A DNA stretch of 64,000 bases, from the sequence record DRR723986_5034; one strand, 5' to 3'. The position numbers and the translations under genes are program-made. This document shows positions 32,014 to 43,490 of the stretch, piece by piece; the first letter of the stretch is position 1, and every line of letters begins with the position of its first letter. Under the pieces are notes generated by a model. The model was not told the origin of the DNA. It ran no database searches and saw only the letters and a list, made by a program, of their open reading frames with translations.

Positions 32014-32449
32014 TATCGGCGTTTAAGCCGTCGCCGCCCAACCGGCCATCTGCACCAAATGAAAAGACGTCAAAACTGCCGTGTTCACCGGGAAACAAAT
32101 ATTGATACTGGTTGCCCCAAGGGTCGGTAGGCAAAGACCGTATATACCCCTCTGACCGAACGTTAGAACCACGCGGCGGCACAAGCAAAACATCAATGCC
32201 TTCCTCTAAGGTTGGATAACGCCTGACGTCTAGCTTATATAGTTCAAGTGCCGTTTCTATCAGCTTGACATCAGCGCGCGCTTTTTCAACCATTGCCCGG
32301 TCCTGGCTGGGCAAAACATTCACAACAACAACCGTGGTTAGTAAACCAATAATTACGATCACGACCATTAGTTCGATGAGTGAAAAGCCAGCGTCATCGC
32401 GCTTCGCCACGGTGTACATTTTTTGTAATTTTCTCAATGATATCCGCAT
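32000..32449 (-). CDS. gspG: T2SS major pseudopilin G
   Basis: G|FSLIELMVVIVI, YKLD..RYPT, DPWGNQYQY, FSFGADG..DIGNW. Confidence 0.96.
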   Translation of the reverse strand: MRISLRKLQKMYTVAKRDDAGFSLIELMVVIVIIGLLTTVVVVNVLPSQDRAMVEKARADVKLIETALELYKLDVRRYPTLEEGIDVLLVPPRGSNVRSEGYIRSLPTDPWGNQYQYLFPGEHGSFDVFSFGADGRLGGDGLNADIGNW

Positions 32450-32459
32450 TTGATTTTCC

Positions 32460-33689
32460 TTACATCAAGACAAGGCTGTTAAGCTGCAAAATTGGTAACA
32501 TAATCGATAGAATAATTGCGCCCACAACCGCGCCCATAAAAATAACAATCATAGGCTCTAGTAAACTAAGAGCTGTTTTAGTGAAGCCATCAAATTCGCT
32601 TTCCAAATAATCTGCTGACTTATGCATCATAGCACCCAACTGACCACTACGTTCACCTGCCGCTGCCATATAACCCAGCATTGGCGGCAAGGTTGCAGCC
32701 TGTCTTAAGCTGTTCGCAACACCGGCGCCTTCGCGCACCTGCTCAATAGCATTTTCCACCTGTTGCTGAGTAAGCGAATTCTTGATGGTTTCTTTTGCCG
32801 CCACCATAGCGTCAAGCGCAGGGCTTCCGCCCAACACTAGTGTCCCAAAAGACCGCGCAAACCGTGCCGCATTCACCGATCGAATAAGCCGCCCTATAAC
32901 CGGCAATTGCAGCATTTTTGCATGGACAAAATACCGTACAGACGGTGCACGCATGGCCATGAAAAAACCAAAAGCCGCTAACAGAAACAAACCCGCAAGC
33001 AACAACCCATAACTTGTTAAAAAAGCCGACGTGCCAACAACAATTTGAGTTAAAAGCGGCAGCTCGCTGCCAAAACTTTCAAACTGAGCGACAACCTTGG
33101 GTACCACCAAAATCATCAACGCCGTAACCACCCCAAGCGCCACCGTCAGCAGCACTGCCGGGTAAATCAAGGCTGATTGAACTTTGGCTCTCATGTCCTC
33201 GGTTTTTTCGCGGTTTTCAGCAACCCGACCAAGAACAATACCCAGGGAACCGGCGGATTCGCCTGCCGCAACCATTGCGCAGTATAACGGGTCGAAGGTA
33301 TCACGTTCCTGTTCCATCGCGCGCGATAGGCGCATGCCTGCCATAACATGAGCGCGCACCCTGGTAAGAACACCGCGAATTTCTGGTTTTTCTGCTTGCT
33401 GCGCAAGGGCCGCTAAAACTTCTTCAACTGGTGTTGCAGCATCAACCATAGTCGCCATTTGCCGAGTAATCAGCGCCAAGTCTTTGGATTTGATGCGCTG
33501 GCTTTTCTGAAACAACTGCCTGGAAAGCAAGCTTTCTCTGGTGCCGTCATCTGCTGCAGTTTTAATCTCTGTAACATAAAGCTGACGACCCAATAAATTC
33601 TTTCGAGCCTCCCGCTCCCCGGCAGCAGCAATTGTACCCCGGCGCGTTTTGCCCGAGGCATCAATGGCGCTATAATTAAACGCCTGCAT
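32460..33689 (-). CDS. gspF: T2SS inner membrane platform protein F
   Basis: TRQMATM, AGESAG, ALIYP, AGERSG, LLEP. Confidence 0.95.
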   Translation of the reverse strand: MQAFNYSAIDASGKTRRGTIAAAGEREARKNLLGRQLYVTEIKTAADDGTRESLLSRQLFQKSQRIKSKDLALITRQMATMVDAATPVEEVLAALAQQAEKPEIRGVLTRVRAHVMAGMRLSRAMEQERDTFDPLYCAMVAAGESAGSLGIVLGRVAENREKTEDMRAKVQSALIYPAVLLTVALGVVTALMILVVPKVVAQFESFGSELPLLTQIVVGTSAFLTSYGLLLAGLFLLAAFGFFMAMRAPSVRYFVHAKMLQLPVIGRLIRSVNAARFARSFGTLVLGGSPALDAMVAAKETIKNSLTQQQVENAIEQVREGAGVANSLRQAATLPPMLGYMAAAGERSGQLGAMMHKSADYLESEFDGFTKTALSLLEPMIVIFMGAVVGAIILSIMLPILQLNSLVLM

Positions 33690-35184
33690 CGGGTATGTCC
33701 TGTGCTTGTTCGTTTATTCGGGAAACTCTCAGCACTTCCTCAACTGTTGTAATGCCATTAAGCACCAATTCCCGGCCATTTGAGGCCAGTGTATTGCGCC
33801 CATCAAAAGCGGCAATTTCCATATCCTGTTCAGACGCGCCTTCTTGAATCATGCGCCGCAAATCAGGCCCTATGAGAGCAAGCTCATATATACCAATGCG
33901 CCCCCTGTAGCCTTTTCCTCCACATTCGCTGCATCCAACGGGTTTAAAAAAGCTAGCTTTTTCCGAGGTTTGCACATCAAAGCGTTGCGCCATTTCAGTG
34001 CTGTTTTCTGCGGGCTTTTTGCATGAACTGCACAGTTTTCTAACCAATCGCTGGGCTAAAATACCCTTAACAGTAGACGCCAACAGAAAAGGTTCGACGC
34101 CCATATCACGCAACCGGGTTATGGCCGCAACGGCACTATTTGTATGGACAGTTGATAAAACAAGATGGCCGGTTAAGCTGGCCTGAATGGCCATCTCAGC
34201 GGTCTCCATATCGCGAATTTCACCAACCATCACAACATCAGGATCTTGACGCAAAATCGCCCTTAGGCCAGACGCGAAGGTCATACCAACTTTGGGGTTA
34301 ACCTGCGTCTGGCTAACACCGTCCAGCGCATATTCAACCGGGTCTTCCACTGTCATGATATTGCGGCTTTGGTCGTTTAAAAGCCCCAAGCCTGCGTACA
34401 AGGTTGTTGTCTTGCCTGAGCCAGTTGGCCCGGTTACTAAAATAATGCCGTTTGGTTCTGCTAGCAAAGAAACCAGCTTTTGGTGGCTGTCTTGACGCAT
34501 GCCCAAGTCTTCCAGAGACAAGTGTGCCTGCGATGCATCCAGCAAGCGCAAAACCACCCGCTCACCGTGGCGCGCAGGCAAGGTGGACACCCGCACATCA
34601 AATTCTCGCGCCCCTAACTTAAGCGACAATCGGCCGTCTTGGGGAATACGCTTTTCAGCAATATCCAGACGCGCCATGACCTTGATACGCGATACAATAT
34701 AAGGCGTCATGCGCGCTGCAATACTGGCAACCTCATTCAAAACCCCATCAACACGCAAACGAACTGATAGTCGGTTCTCAAATGGCTCCAAATGCACGTC
34801 AGACGCCGCGTTTTTCACGGCTTCTGCAATCAGGCTGTTGATCAATCGAATAACCGGCGCATCATCTTCACTGGCCAGAAGGTCAGCGGCAGCGGGCATA
34901 CCCTCTAGGGCGCGGTCAAGACTATCTGCAGGCAAGTCGTCCGCTATGTCAGAATCGATGGCATCAACGGCGTGAATGTCCGATAACAGCGTGTCAAAAG
35001 CTGACTTCGTGAGGGTTTCAAGCTCAAGCGGCTTTCCTACAGCACGCCGCACTTCAGGCAACATGCCAACTGATGCATCTTCGCGCATGGCCACCGTCGC
35101 GGCGGCGCCAGCTGCTTCTACAACTGCAAAACCAAAATCGCGGGCAAAAGTATAGCGAAGTATATGGTTCGGCTTATCGTTCAA
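33676..35184 (-). CDS. gspE: T2SS ATPase E
   Basis: ASDVHLEP, Walker A GPTGSGKT, LRQDPDVVMVGEIRD, TGHLVLSTVH, CxxC...CxxC. Confidence 0.96.
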   Translation of the reverse strand: MNDKPNHILRYTFARDFGFAVVEAAGAAATVAMREDASVGMLPEVRRAVGKPLELETLTKSAFDTLLSDIHAVDAIDSDIADDLPADSLDRALEGMPAAADLLASEDDAPVIRLINSLIAEAVKNAASDVHLEPFENRLSVRLRVDGVLNEVASIAARMTPYIVSRIKVMARLDIAEKRIPQDGRLSLKLGAREFDVRVSTLPARHGERVVLRLLDASQAHLSLEDLGMRQDSHQKLVSLLAEPNGIILVTGPTGSGKTTTLYAGLGLLNDQSRNIMTVEDPVEYALDGVSQTQVNPKVGMTFASGLRAILRQDPDVVMVGEIRDMETAEMAIQASLTGHLVLSTVHTNSAVAAITRLRDMGVEPFLLASTVKGILAQRLVRKLCSSCKKPAENSTEMAQRFDVQTSEKASFFKPVGCSECGGKGYRGRIGIYELALIGPDLRRMIQEGASEQDMEIAAFDGRNTLASNGRELVLNGITTVEEVLRVSRINEQAQDIPDAGV

Positions 35185-35193
35185 TATCCAACC

Positions 35194-37170
35194 CTACTGC
35201 TTTTCCGGCACGGCCGGGTTGCCACCCATTACGTCTTTAACAAGTTGGTCAATGGTCAAACCACCAGAATTAACCTGCGACTGTTGACCGCGAATATAAT
35301 CATATTTCGTAGCGGTAAGGGCGCGTGCATCGCTCGCATTTCTAACAATAGTTGGACGAAGGAAAATCATCAGGTTTGTTTTCGCCCTGCTTTTGCGGTC
35401 GGACCGAAAGAGCCGGCCAAGCAAGGGGATATCGCCGAGCAGCGGCACTTTATCAACAGATGTAACTTCATCTTCCTGGACCAAACCACCGAGCACAACA
35501 ATATCACCGCTTTGAATGCTAACGGTAGTTTCAATTTCACGCTTATTGGTAACAAGCTCTGTAAAGCTGGCGCTGACGGGGCCAGCAATGGAAGATATTT
35601 CCTGACGAATTTGCATCCGAATTTCGTCACCGTCATTTATTTGCGGCGTCACTTCAAGCTGAATACCTACATCTTTACGTTCAATGGTGCGGAATGGGTT
35701 GGCGTTATTAGCCCCAAGGGCTTCGCCAGTGGAAATGGGAATTTCCTGACCAGAAAGAAATTTTGCAGGCTCATTATCCATTGTCATAATCGACGGCGTT
35801 GACAAAATGTTGCTGCCGGTGTCCTGCTTGATGGCATTCAGAACAACGCCGAAAAGCGTGCCGCCATCTGTCTCGCCCGCTGCACCAAGCGCAAAACCAT
35901 TGAAGCCCAAAAGCGAGTCCACCGCAGCTGCACCAAACAAATCACTTGCACTGCTTGTGTCGCTATCATCATCAGACGTTTGCAATGCACCCGTTAAGGC
36001 CAACAAATTTGGTGCCGTGTTTGAATAATTAGCCATGGTGAAAGGGATGGCGCTATTATCGCCGCCTGCGAGCAAATATTGCACGCCCAATTCTTTGGCA
36101 GCACTGTCTGATACTTCAACCACGATGGCCTCGACCAGAACCTGAGCGCGGGCGACATCCAGCATATTGATCACGTTAGCAATGCGCTGCTGCATTTCGC
36201 TGGAAGCGTTAATGACAATTGCGTTTGCGCCCGCATATGCAGACAGTGAAATTTCACCATCTGAGGTTATGGCGTTTCCCGCACCGTCTCTGCGCGAAAG
36301 AGATTTTGTGACAGTGTCCAGCATGGGGATCAGTTTCTCAGCATTGGCATGCTTCAGGTAAATCACCCGCAGATCACCGCGCGATGCGTTGTTTTTATCC
36401 AGCTCTTTTAATACCGGCAGAAAAGTATCGATCAGTTCCTGCGGCCCTTTGAGGATAAGGGTGTTGCTCGAATCCAGCGGCATCGCAGTCAATGATTGAA
36501 GTACATTGTCGTCAAACCCGGGCTGGGCGGCAAGCTTAAGCGCGATCTCGGCCATTTCCCCGGCTGATGTGTTTTCAAGAGCAAGAGTGCGAATAACCGA
36601 ATGATCAACATCCATACTGGCAACCAATTGACCAATGCGGGCTAAATTGTCGGCATAGTCCGTAACAATAACCACAGGCATGCCCTTACGGGCAAAAACA
36701 CGGCCATTTTTGAAAACAAACGGCTTGGCCGCCGCCTGAACCGCGAGCGGGTCAGCATATTTTAACTTGAAAACACGCGTTACAAGTGTGTCACCAACTC
36801 GTTGTTCATTTACCGGTCCGGCATCTTGCGCCGCTATTTCATCAGGCACAATTTTAAAGGCACCGCTAGCCGTAGGCACCAAAGTGAACCCATTGACTTT
36901 CAGCGCTGAAAGGAAGGTTTGAAATACATCTTCAACTGTCACTTCCTCAGACGACACGACATTAATTTTACCGCGCACACGCGGGTCTATAATAAATGTT
37001 CTGCCCGTTATAGAGGCTATGTCGTCAATAAAGGCACGAATTTCAGCGTCACGGTAATTCAAAATATGACCACCGTCTTGCGCCAGAGCACCCGGCCCCA
37101 TTGCGCCGTAAACCATCACGTGCAACATCAGGCAAATCGAGACTTTAAAGCTTATAAACACGGGTCTCAT
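35194..37170 (-). CDS. gspD: T2SS secretin D
   Basis: FIIDPRVRGKI (N0), QVLVEAIVVEV, KDVGIQLEVTPQIN, KVPLLGDIPLLGRLF, NLMIFLRP. Confidence 0.96.
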   Translation of the reverse strand: MRPVFISFKVSICLMLHVMVYGAMGPGALAQDGGHILNYRDAEIRAFIDDIASITGRTFIIDPRVRGKINVVSSEEVTVEDVFQTFLSALKVNGFTLVPTASGAFKIVPDEIAAQDAGPVNEQRVGDTLVTRVFKLKYADPLAVQAAAKPFVFKNGRVFARKGMPVVIVTDYADNLARIGQLVASMDVDHSVIRTLALENTSAGEMAEIALKLAAQPGFDDNVLQSLTAMPLDSSNTLILKGPQELIDTFLPVLKELDKNNASRGDLRVIYLKHANAEKLIPMLDTVTKSLSRRDGAGNAITSDGEISLSAYAGANAIVINASSEMQQRIANVINMLDVARAQVLVEAIVVEVSDSAAKELGVQYLLAGGDNSAIPFTMANYSNTAPNLLALTGALQTSDDDSDTSSASDLFGAAAVDSLLGFNGFALGAAGETDGGTLFGVVLNAIKQDTGSNILSTPSIMTMDNEPAKFLSGQEIPISTGEALGANNANPFRTIERKDVGIQLEVTPQINDGDEIRMQIRQEISSIAGPVSASFTELVTNKREIETTVSIQSGDIVVLGGLVQEDEVTSVDKVPLLGDIPLLGRLFRSDRKSRAKTNLMIFLRPTIVRNASDARALTATKYDYIRGQQSQVNSGGLTIDQLVKDVMGGNPAVPEKQ

Positions 37171-38025
37171 TTAACGATTCCCCCTAAGGTTAACGGTTAC
37201 TTCACGCTGTTGTCCGCGCCTCTCGATTTCCAACAGTAAGGAGCCACTGTTTGGCACTAGCTCGCCAACCTCCTGTAAACGCTCAAAGGATGACAACGGC
37301 GACCCATTGACGCGAGTTATAATATCGTCGCCTTCCAACCCTGCACTTTGCAGGAGCGATGGCAATGTGGCAGGAAGCTTGAAACCAATAATACGACGAT
37401 CTCGGCGAACGGGGGAAAGCGCTAGACTTGAAAAAATTGCGCCCTCAAGCCCAGGGCGCACCACATCTGCTTCCGGAGAAGTCGACACTGTACCCTGCTG
37501 CCGAGGCGCTGAACGTTCTTGCTGAGGCCGCAGGTAAACGGCTTCCTTGATGCCGGCCCTTCGCAACTCAAGCCGGTCAGAATAGACAGCGGTCAACTGA
37601 ACGCCGGGGGCAATCGTATCACCCACTTGCGCCAACTTTTGGTCACCATCTTGCAACTTTATGATGGCGCTGCCCGATCCATCTGCTCGCGCACGCAAGC
37701 CAAAAACCTGAATGTTAAGCGTGCTTTCCGGTAGCTGGGACTGCGCATCGGAAACAGCAACCACACTATCTCTAAAAAAAGGATCAAAACTGCGCAGAAG
37801 ACCAAAGTCTGTGGTTGCGGCTTTGGACCACACTGTTGGCGCTAATGAAGGTCTTTTCGGCTCAACCGCTAACGCATTAAACACCATATTTGCCAGCATA
37901 ACGGCAATTAAGCCTACCAAAAAAAATTCCACCAGAAGTATGCCCGCACGCATACCACGTGAAAGCACCATAGAGCGCTCGGAATGAAGCCCTTCGCCCT
38001 CTGAGCGATATCCATCGTTATCCAT
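37171..38025 (-). CDS. gspC: T2SS protein C (HR + PDZ domain)
   Basis: TM, HR domain (GSAII..VGDTI..GVQL), PDZ (AGLEGDDIITRVNG), immediately upstream of gspD. Confidence 0.85.
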   Translation of the reverse strand: MDNDGYRSEGEGLHSERSMVLSRGMRAGILLVEFFLVGLIAVMLANMVFNALAVEPKRPSLAPTVWSKAATTDFGLLRSFDPFFRDSVVAVSDAQSQLPESTLNIQVFGLRARADGSGSAIIKLQDGDQKLAQVGDTIAPGVQLTAVYSDRLELRRAGIKEAVYLRPQQERSAPRQQGTVSTSPEADVVRPGLEGAIFSSLALSPVRRDRRIIGFKLPATLPSLLQSAGLEGDDIITRVNGSPLSSFERLQEVGELVPNSGSLLLEIERRGQQREVTVNLRGNR

Positions 38026-38148
38026 AAAGATGGTACGTCTCCATCAGCATCAACATTCGGTTTTTTATCCGGCTTCTTATGAGCCAGTATAATGTCATAT
38101 AGTCAGAAGACCTAATACATTGCGATAGGCCTATTTTTTTGGCAACGT

Positions 38149-40767
38149 CTAGAATTTATATGTAAAGCCAACCGAAACTGTGCGGCCAAGCTCGTATCCT
38201 TCCGTGATGATACCATCCTGCGTGAATTCAATTTCATCGCCCAGCAAGTTATCTGCCTGCACGCTCAGCTCCAGAATATTACCGCCCAAATCAAACTCTT
38301 TGCTGTAGGCAACATTAAGCATAAGGGGTGGGCTTTCAAATTCATCAGGCGCCTCAAAAACACCCACAAGCGCTAAGCGCCTTCCGGTGTAATTCAGAAC
38401 AATTGCAAGGTTTTCGCCGCGATCAAAATCGCGCCAGCCAAACTGCAAGTTTCCAAGCCACTCTGATTGACCCTGAAAAGACCGAACCGCGTTGGTTACA
38501 ACACCCAAATCTGCTTCAGCGGTGATGGTTTCACCGTCAATGTAGGAGCCGTTCACTTTCATGAACAGTTCGCGCGATCCAAGCCAGTCCCAACCGAACC
38601 AATCTTGAACATAGAGTATTTTCTCAAGCTCAACCTCAACACCCTTCAGTTCAGCAGATTGGGCGTTCACATAAGTTGCCAATCTGCCGTCGCCAAGGGC
38701 GCGGCTGCTTTGCTCAATCGGGTTGGTGAAGTCTTTGTAGAAAGCGCCCACTGTGAAACTTTCACCAGCCGCGAAGTACCATTCAAAGCGTGCATCAAAG
38801 TTATTAATTTCAGCAATGCGCAGTTCAGGGTTTCCTTGGTAGGTCAATCCGCGTTCATCATCAATGAAGCGGGCTGTGGAAAGCTCACGAAGGTCCGGGC
38901 GGTTGATCGTCTGGCTGAACGCCAAGCGCACCTGCATATTTTCAACAATTTCATAGGTCAGGGTTGCAGACGGCAACCAAAACTCACCGCGCTGCGTTAC
39001 TTCAAGTGGGTCAAGCGTGATACGCTCAACCGTGTCAACAATTTGGGTGCTATCTTCATAGCGCATGCCAAAGGCCACACGCATTTTCTCGGACACTTCA
39101 ATATCAGCGCCCAAGTAACCCTGAATATTTTCAAATGTCGCACTATAAAAGTCAGACGCGTCGAAAACTTCAATCAGTTCAATCTGGCCGGGGCCAATGT
39201 TGGCAGGGCCAAAGATAATTTCTGGCGCTAACTGGCGCAGGTCAGTTGACGTACCAGGCGGCAAGGCGAAGTTATAGCGCACAAGGCCAAAGCTTCGGTC
39301 TTTATCCACATAGGTGAAGCCACCCAGAATATCGACAGGCAAATCCGCCACGTACATTGGCTGCACAAAATCCAGGCCAAACTCTTTCGATTCTTCATCA
39401 AGCGCGTTGTAGATGGTGGTGTTGCCGTCGGGCCGGGCAAAAATCAGGTCAGCGTCCAACTGCGGGTTATATTCATAAACCGTGTTACGACGCAGGGGGA
39501 CGTCGCGGTCTGAACGAGAAATGTTGGCGCGCCACTTAATCTCTGTAAGCTGAAACGTGTCATTGTCGCCAAACAGGTTCACCACATGGTCACCGGTCAG
39601 TTGGTTTGTCCAAACCTGGCTTTCAATCCAGTCAATGGTTGACCGTGTCCGCAGACCGTCTTCCTGTGCAACCAGTCCTTTTTCAATCAACGACCGTTTG
39701 GTTGATTGGCGCAACACAGTGCCTGTGTAGGAAATCGAGTGGTCGCTGTTAAATTCATATCCCGCCGAGAATAGGCCATTTAACGATACGTCGAGATTGG
39801 TCTGGCGCATACCGCAATCGTCGAAGCCAGCATCAATAAAGTCTGGTGACTGACATACCTCGGGGCCAGAGTTTGTGCGAATGACCGGGCCTGCGTTTGA
39901 GGTTGTCACGGTACGACGAACGCCAACACGGTTCCGGGTATTCACATCGTAGTCAACCGCTGCGAAAAAGCCGAATGCGCCCTCATCGCCTACATCAAAC
40001 CGGTTGCCGATAACGAAATTCAGACCAGCGCCAGGGTACAAGGGTTCGTTATCAATAGACCAGATGTTCGGAATAGCACGCCCCGCCGCCTGCAGCTCTG
40101 CAGGTGTTAAACTGGCAAGCGTGACGTCCTGAAGTATCTCTTGCGGAATATCACGGCGCGAACCACCAAAGCCAAATATCTCACTACCTGTACCATCATA
40201 ACTCAGACCGGTTTTGCCGGTTGCCTCAGAGTTATACTGACCAGAGATACCAACCTCAAAAATAAACTCATCGGGCAACACTTTTGTGCGCAAGTCCACA
40301 ACACCGCCGCCAAATTCAGCCGGATATGACGGTGAGTATGTTTTCTGAACCAAAACAGATTCGATGATGCTCGTCGGGAACAAATCAAGCGGCACAACCT
40401 TACGCAGCGGCTCCGGGCTTGGAATGTTAGACCCATTCAACAACGTTGAAGAATACCGATTACCCAAACCCCGCACATAGACATATTTGCCGCCTACCAG
40501 CGAAACACCCGGCAGACGCTGCAAGCCAGCAGCCACATTGCCGTCACCGGCCAACGAAAAGGCCTCTGCGTCCAATACGTTGGCAATCTCTGAAGTTGCC
40601 CGTTTTTCATCAGGAATATACCGACCAAGAACTGTAATTTCTTCCACATCTTCCTGAACAATTGGCTCTTCATCCTGCCCTATCACGCCTGTTGGCGCGA
40701 TCAGTACGGTTGATGCCATCAGCAATTTTTTAAAGTTGTTTTGTTTCATTGTCATCGTGATCACCAT
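38149..40767 (-). CDS. TonB-dependent outer membrane receptor
   Basis: TonB box EEITVLG, plug (LQRLPGVS..YVRGLGNRYS..KTYSPSYPAEFGGG), GNPELR, C-terminal Phe (FTYKF). The true start may be ATG 40755. Confidence 0.93.
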   Translation of the reverse strand: MVITMTMKQNNFKKLLMASTVLIAPTGVIGQDEEPIVQEDVEEITVLGRYIPDEKRATSEIANVLDAEAFSLAGDGNVAAGLQRLPGVSLVGGKYVYVRGLGNRYSSTLLNGSNIPSPEPLRKVVPLDLFPTSIIESVLVQKTYSPSYPAEFGGGVVDLRTKVLPDEFIFEVGISGQYNSEATGKTGLSYDGTGSEIFGFGGSRRDIPQEILQDVTLASLTPAELQAAGRAIPNIWSIDNEPLYPGAGLNFVIGNRFDVGDEGAFGFFAAVDYDVNTRNRVGVRRTVTTSNAGPVIRTNSGPEVCQSPDFIDAGFDDCGMRQTNLDVSLNGLFSAGYEFNSDHSISYTGTVLRQSTKRSLIEKGLVAQEDGLRTRSTIDWIESQVWTNQLTGDHVVNLFGDNDTFQLTEIKWRANISRSDRDVPLRRNTVYEYNPQLDADLIFARPDGNTTIYNALDEESKEFGLDFVQPMYVADLPVDILGGFTYVDKDRSFGLVRYNFALPPGTSTDLRQLAPEIIFGPANIGPGQIELIEVFDASDFYSATFENIQGYLGADIEVSEKMRVAFGMRYEDSTQIVDTVERITLDPLEVTQRGEFWLPSATLTYEIVENMQVRLAFSQTINRPDLRELSTARFIDDERGLTYQGNPELRIAEINNFDARFEWYFAAGESFTVGAFYKDFTNPIEQSSRALGDGRLATYVNAQSAELKGVEVELEKILYVQDWFGWDWLGSRELFMKVNGSYIDGETITAEADLGVVTNAVRSFQGQSEWLGNLQFGWRDFDRGENLAIVLNYTGRRLALVGVFEAPDEFESPPLMLNVAYSKEFDLGGNILELSVQADNLLGDEIEFTQDGIITEGYELGRTVSVGFTYKF

Positions 40768-40790
40768 TTGGCTTTCTATACGTATGCGCA

Positions 40791-40825
40791 GCGCCGCAGA
40801 GAATCATAATGCTCCGCTGCGGCGC
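40791..40825. other. Intercistronic GC-rich stem-loop without U-tract
   Basis: GCGCCGCAG-N17-CTGCGGCGC between the lipoprotein stop and the TBDR start. Confidence 0.55.
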
Positions 40826-40838
40826 CTTGATCACTCGG

Positions 40839-43490
40839 CTATTGGTTAAGCCAAACGGTCCAACCAAGGGTCCAATCGTTGGCTGCATTCTCAACGGCTC
40901 CCACGTATGTGGTGACATCAAAGAAGCTATCGAGTGCGTTCACGTCTGTAGCTGTCACACCAGCTTCTGTTGCCCCGTTGATGTAAGTCTTGAAGCTTGC
41001 CGCGTTTGCCAAACCAACCAATGTGTCTGTGGCAACAACATTGTTTGCCTGGTTGGTAAACCACGTTTCCAGATCAAACACATTGCCGTCGTCCTTGAAG
41101 ACAACATCACAGCTGTCACTAAGCATGGTCGATTCCATGGTTAGCGTACCAGTGAGTGTCGTTGCATTGGCGCCAGACGCTGCAAAAGTTGCGTCCTGGT
41201 CAATGTCGAGGCAGGCATCACCAAAGTCTGCAACCACAATGTTCCAGAGGTTGCCGCCGGTGCCTTCGCGGAGAAGGATACCGATGTCGCTTTCACCGCC
41301 AGCCAGCGCTGAGCCAAGGATGGTTGCGTTCGCGATCTGTGGCTGAGCCCTTGGCAGGAAGTCATTGCCGTCACCGAAGTTATCGGCCTCAATGCCTTGG
41401 TCGGTTGCAGGCTGGTTCGGGTTCTGGACAATAATCAGGTGCTGAACCTTACCGCGCCATCCTTGCGTCCAATCAAGGCTGTCATCATCCGCGCCCGTTA
41501 TCACCAAGTGTTTCGCCTGCGCTGTGCCGCCGAAGAACTCAATGCCATCATCAGCGCCGTTATGCACTTGCAGGAAGTCAATCTCGGTGCCAGAGCCAAC
41601 GCCCTGGAAGGCAATACCGTTCAGCTCATCATCAGCTGTGATCGGGTTACCAGCGTAAATAACGCGTGTGTAGAACATCTGACCACTGTCGTCGGTGTCG
41701 TCAACGCCGCCGTATAGGCCACTGTCGCCTTCACCCTCAGCCTCGCAAGTGCCAGAGCCGTTACAGGTATTCAGGGTTGCTCGGCCATTGATTACCAAGC
41801 CACCCCAAAGAGATGTGTCTACATCAAGATCACGGGTGTCTGGGTTAATTGCGGTGAAGGTAACAGGCGCATCCTGCGTGCCATTTGAATTAAGCTTGGA
41901 ACCGCGGGAGATAACCAGATAAGACGTTGTGTCTTCACCCACAACTGTCACGCCAGGCTCGATAGTAAGTGTCGCCGCATCACCAGCCGCAAGCGGACTG
42001 GAGGCATCCGGGCCCATATCAACACCAAACACGACCTTACCGGACAGTTGGTATGTGAGGCCGGATACAAGACGAAGGTCTTCTGTATAGGTGCCTGACA
42101 GGGTACAAACGGTGCCGTCCGCATTAGCTGTTGTTCCAGTTGGACACTCAGGGTCTGGGTTCAGGCCGTATGTCCAGTTCAACGTCCAGTTATCGGCTGA
42201 TGCGCTGCTTTTTACAGCGCCTGCAAAATCAACACTATCAAAGAAGCTATTGATTGCGCTGACATCGGTGGCGGTTACCGCATTTTCAGCAGAGCCATTG
42301 ATAAAGTTGTTAGACAGGGTCGTCGCGCCGACAACATTATTGGCTTGGCCAGTAAAGTAAGCTTCAAGGTCAAACACGTTGCCGTCGTCCTTGAACACAG
42401 TGTTACAGTCAGTGCCAAGAAGGGTTGATTCGATGGTCAAATCACCGCTGAGATTAGTGGCGCTAGAGCCAGCGTTTGCGAAGGTTGCGTCCTGGTCAAT
42501 ATCGAAGCAGGCATCACCAAAGTCTGACACAACGGCGTTCCAGATATTGGCGCCCGTACCTTCACGCAGAAGAATGCCGATGTCGCTTTCGCCGCCCTTG
42601 GACTGTGATCCCACTATTGTCAGGTTTGAAAGTTCAGGCTGTGCGCGCGGCAGGAAGTCGTTGCCGTCACCAAAGTTGTCGGCTTCAATGCCTTGGTCTG
42701 ATGCTGGCTGTGCCGGATTTTGGATAATCACAACAAATTGGCCCTTACCGCGCCAACCTTGTGTCCAGTCCAAGCTATCATCATCGGCGCCGGTGATAAC
42801 CAAGTGCTTAACCTGAGCCGTGCCGCCAAAAAACTCAACGCCGTCATCCGCGCCGTTATGAACCTGAATGAAATCCAGTTCCGTGCCAGAGCCCACACCC
42901 TGGAAGGCAATGCCGTTCAATTCGTCGTCGGCTGTGATCGGATTACCAGCATACTTTACCTGAACGTAGCGCATTGTGCCGCTCGAATCGGTGTCGTCAT
43001 TACCGCCGTATAGCCCGCTGTCGCCTTCACCTTCGGCTTCACAAACGCCGGAACCATTGCAGGTGTTAAGTGATGCTGCACCGTTGATAACCAAGCCGCC
43101 CCATTCAGATGTGAAAGGCTCTTCCAACAGCGCGCCGCTAAAGGATGATGAAGGCGAAAGGCCCAACTCGCTCGCCAAATCAAGGTCTAACGCCGATGTG
43201 AAAACGATTGGGTTGGTTGCGCTGCCGACGGCATTAATTTCGGAACCGCGTGAAATTACAAGAACGTCTGTAGCCGTAGCGCCGTATATAACCGCACCGG
43301 GTTCGATGCTGAGAACTGCGCTATCGCCGGCAGCGGCAGAGCCGTCTGCACCGGTATCAACCCCGATGGTCACTTTACCGGAAAGCTGGTAAATATTGTC
43401 TGAGGTAAGAGTTACATCAGATGTGATGGTGCCTGAAATACTGCAGTGCGTTTGCTCGCCAACTGTAACAGCCGAGGTGCCAGTTGGGCA
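40839..43490 (-). repeat. Internal tandem domain duplication (domain starts 1344 nt / 448 aa apart)
   Basis: CPTGT begins at 43490 and again at 42146. Long identical peptide blocks are encoded with different synonymous codons. Confidence 0.9.

Noticed and set aside
38026-38148. Separate Pho box or terminator between TBDR and gspC
   Set aside because: Only a single ATGTCAT half-site in the opposite orientation, and a weak hairpin without a U-tract on the coding strand.
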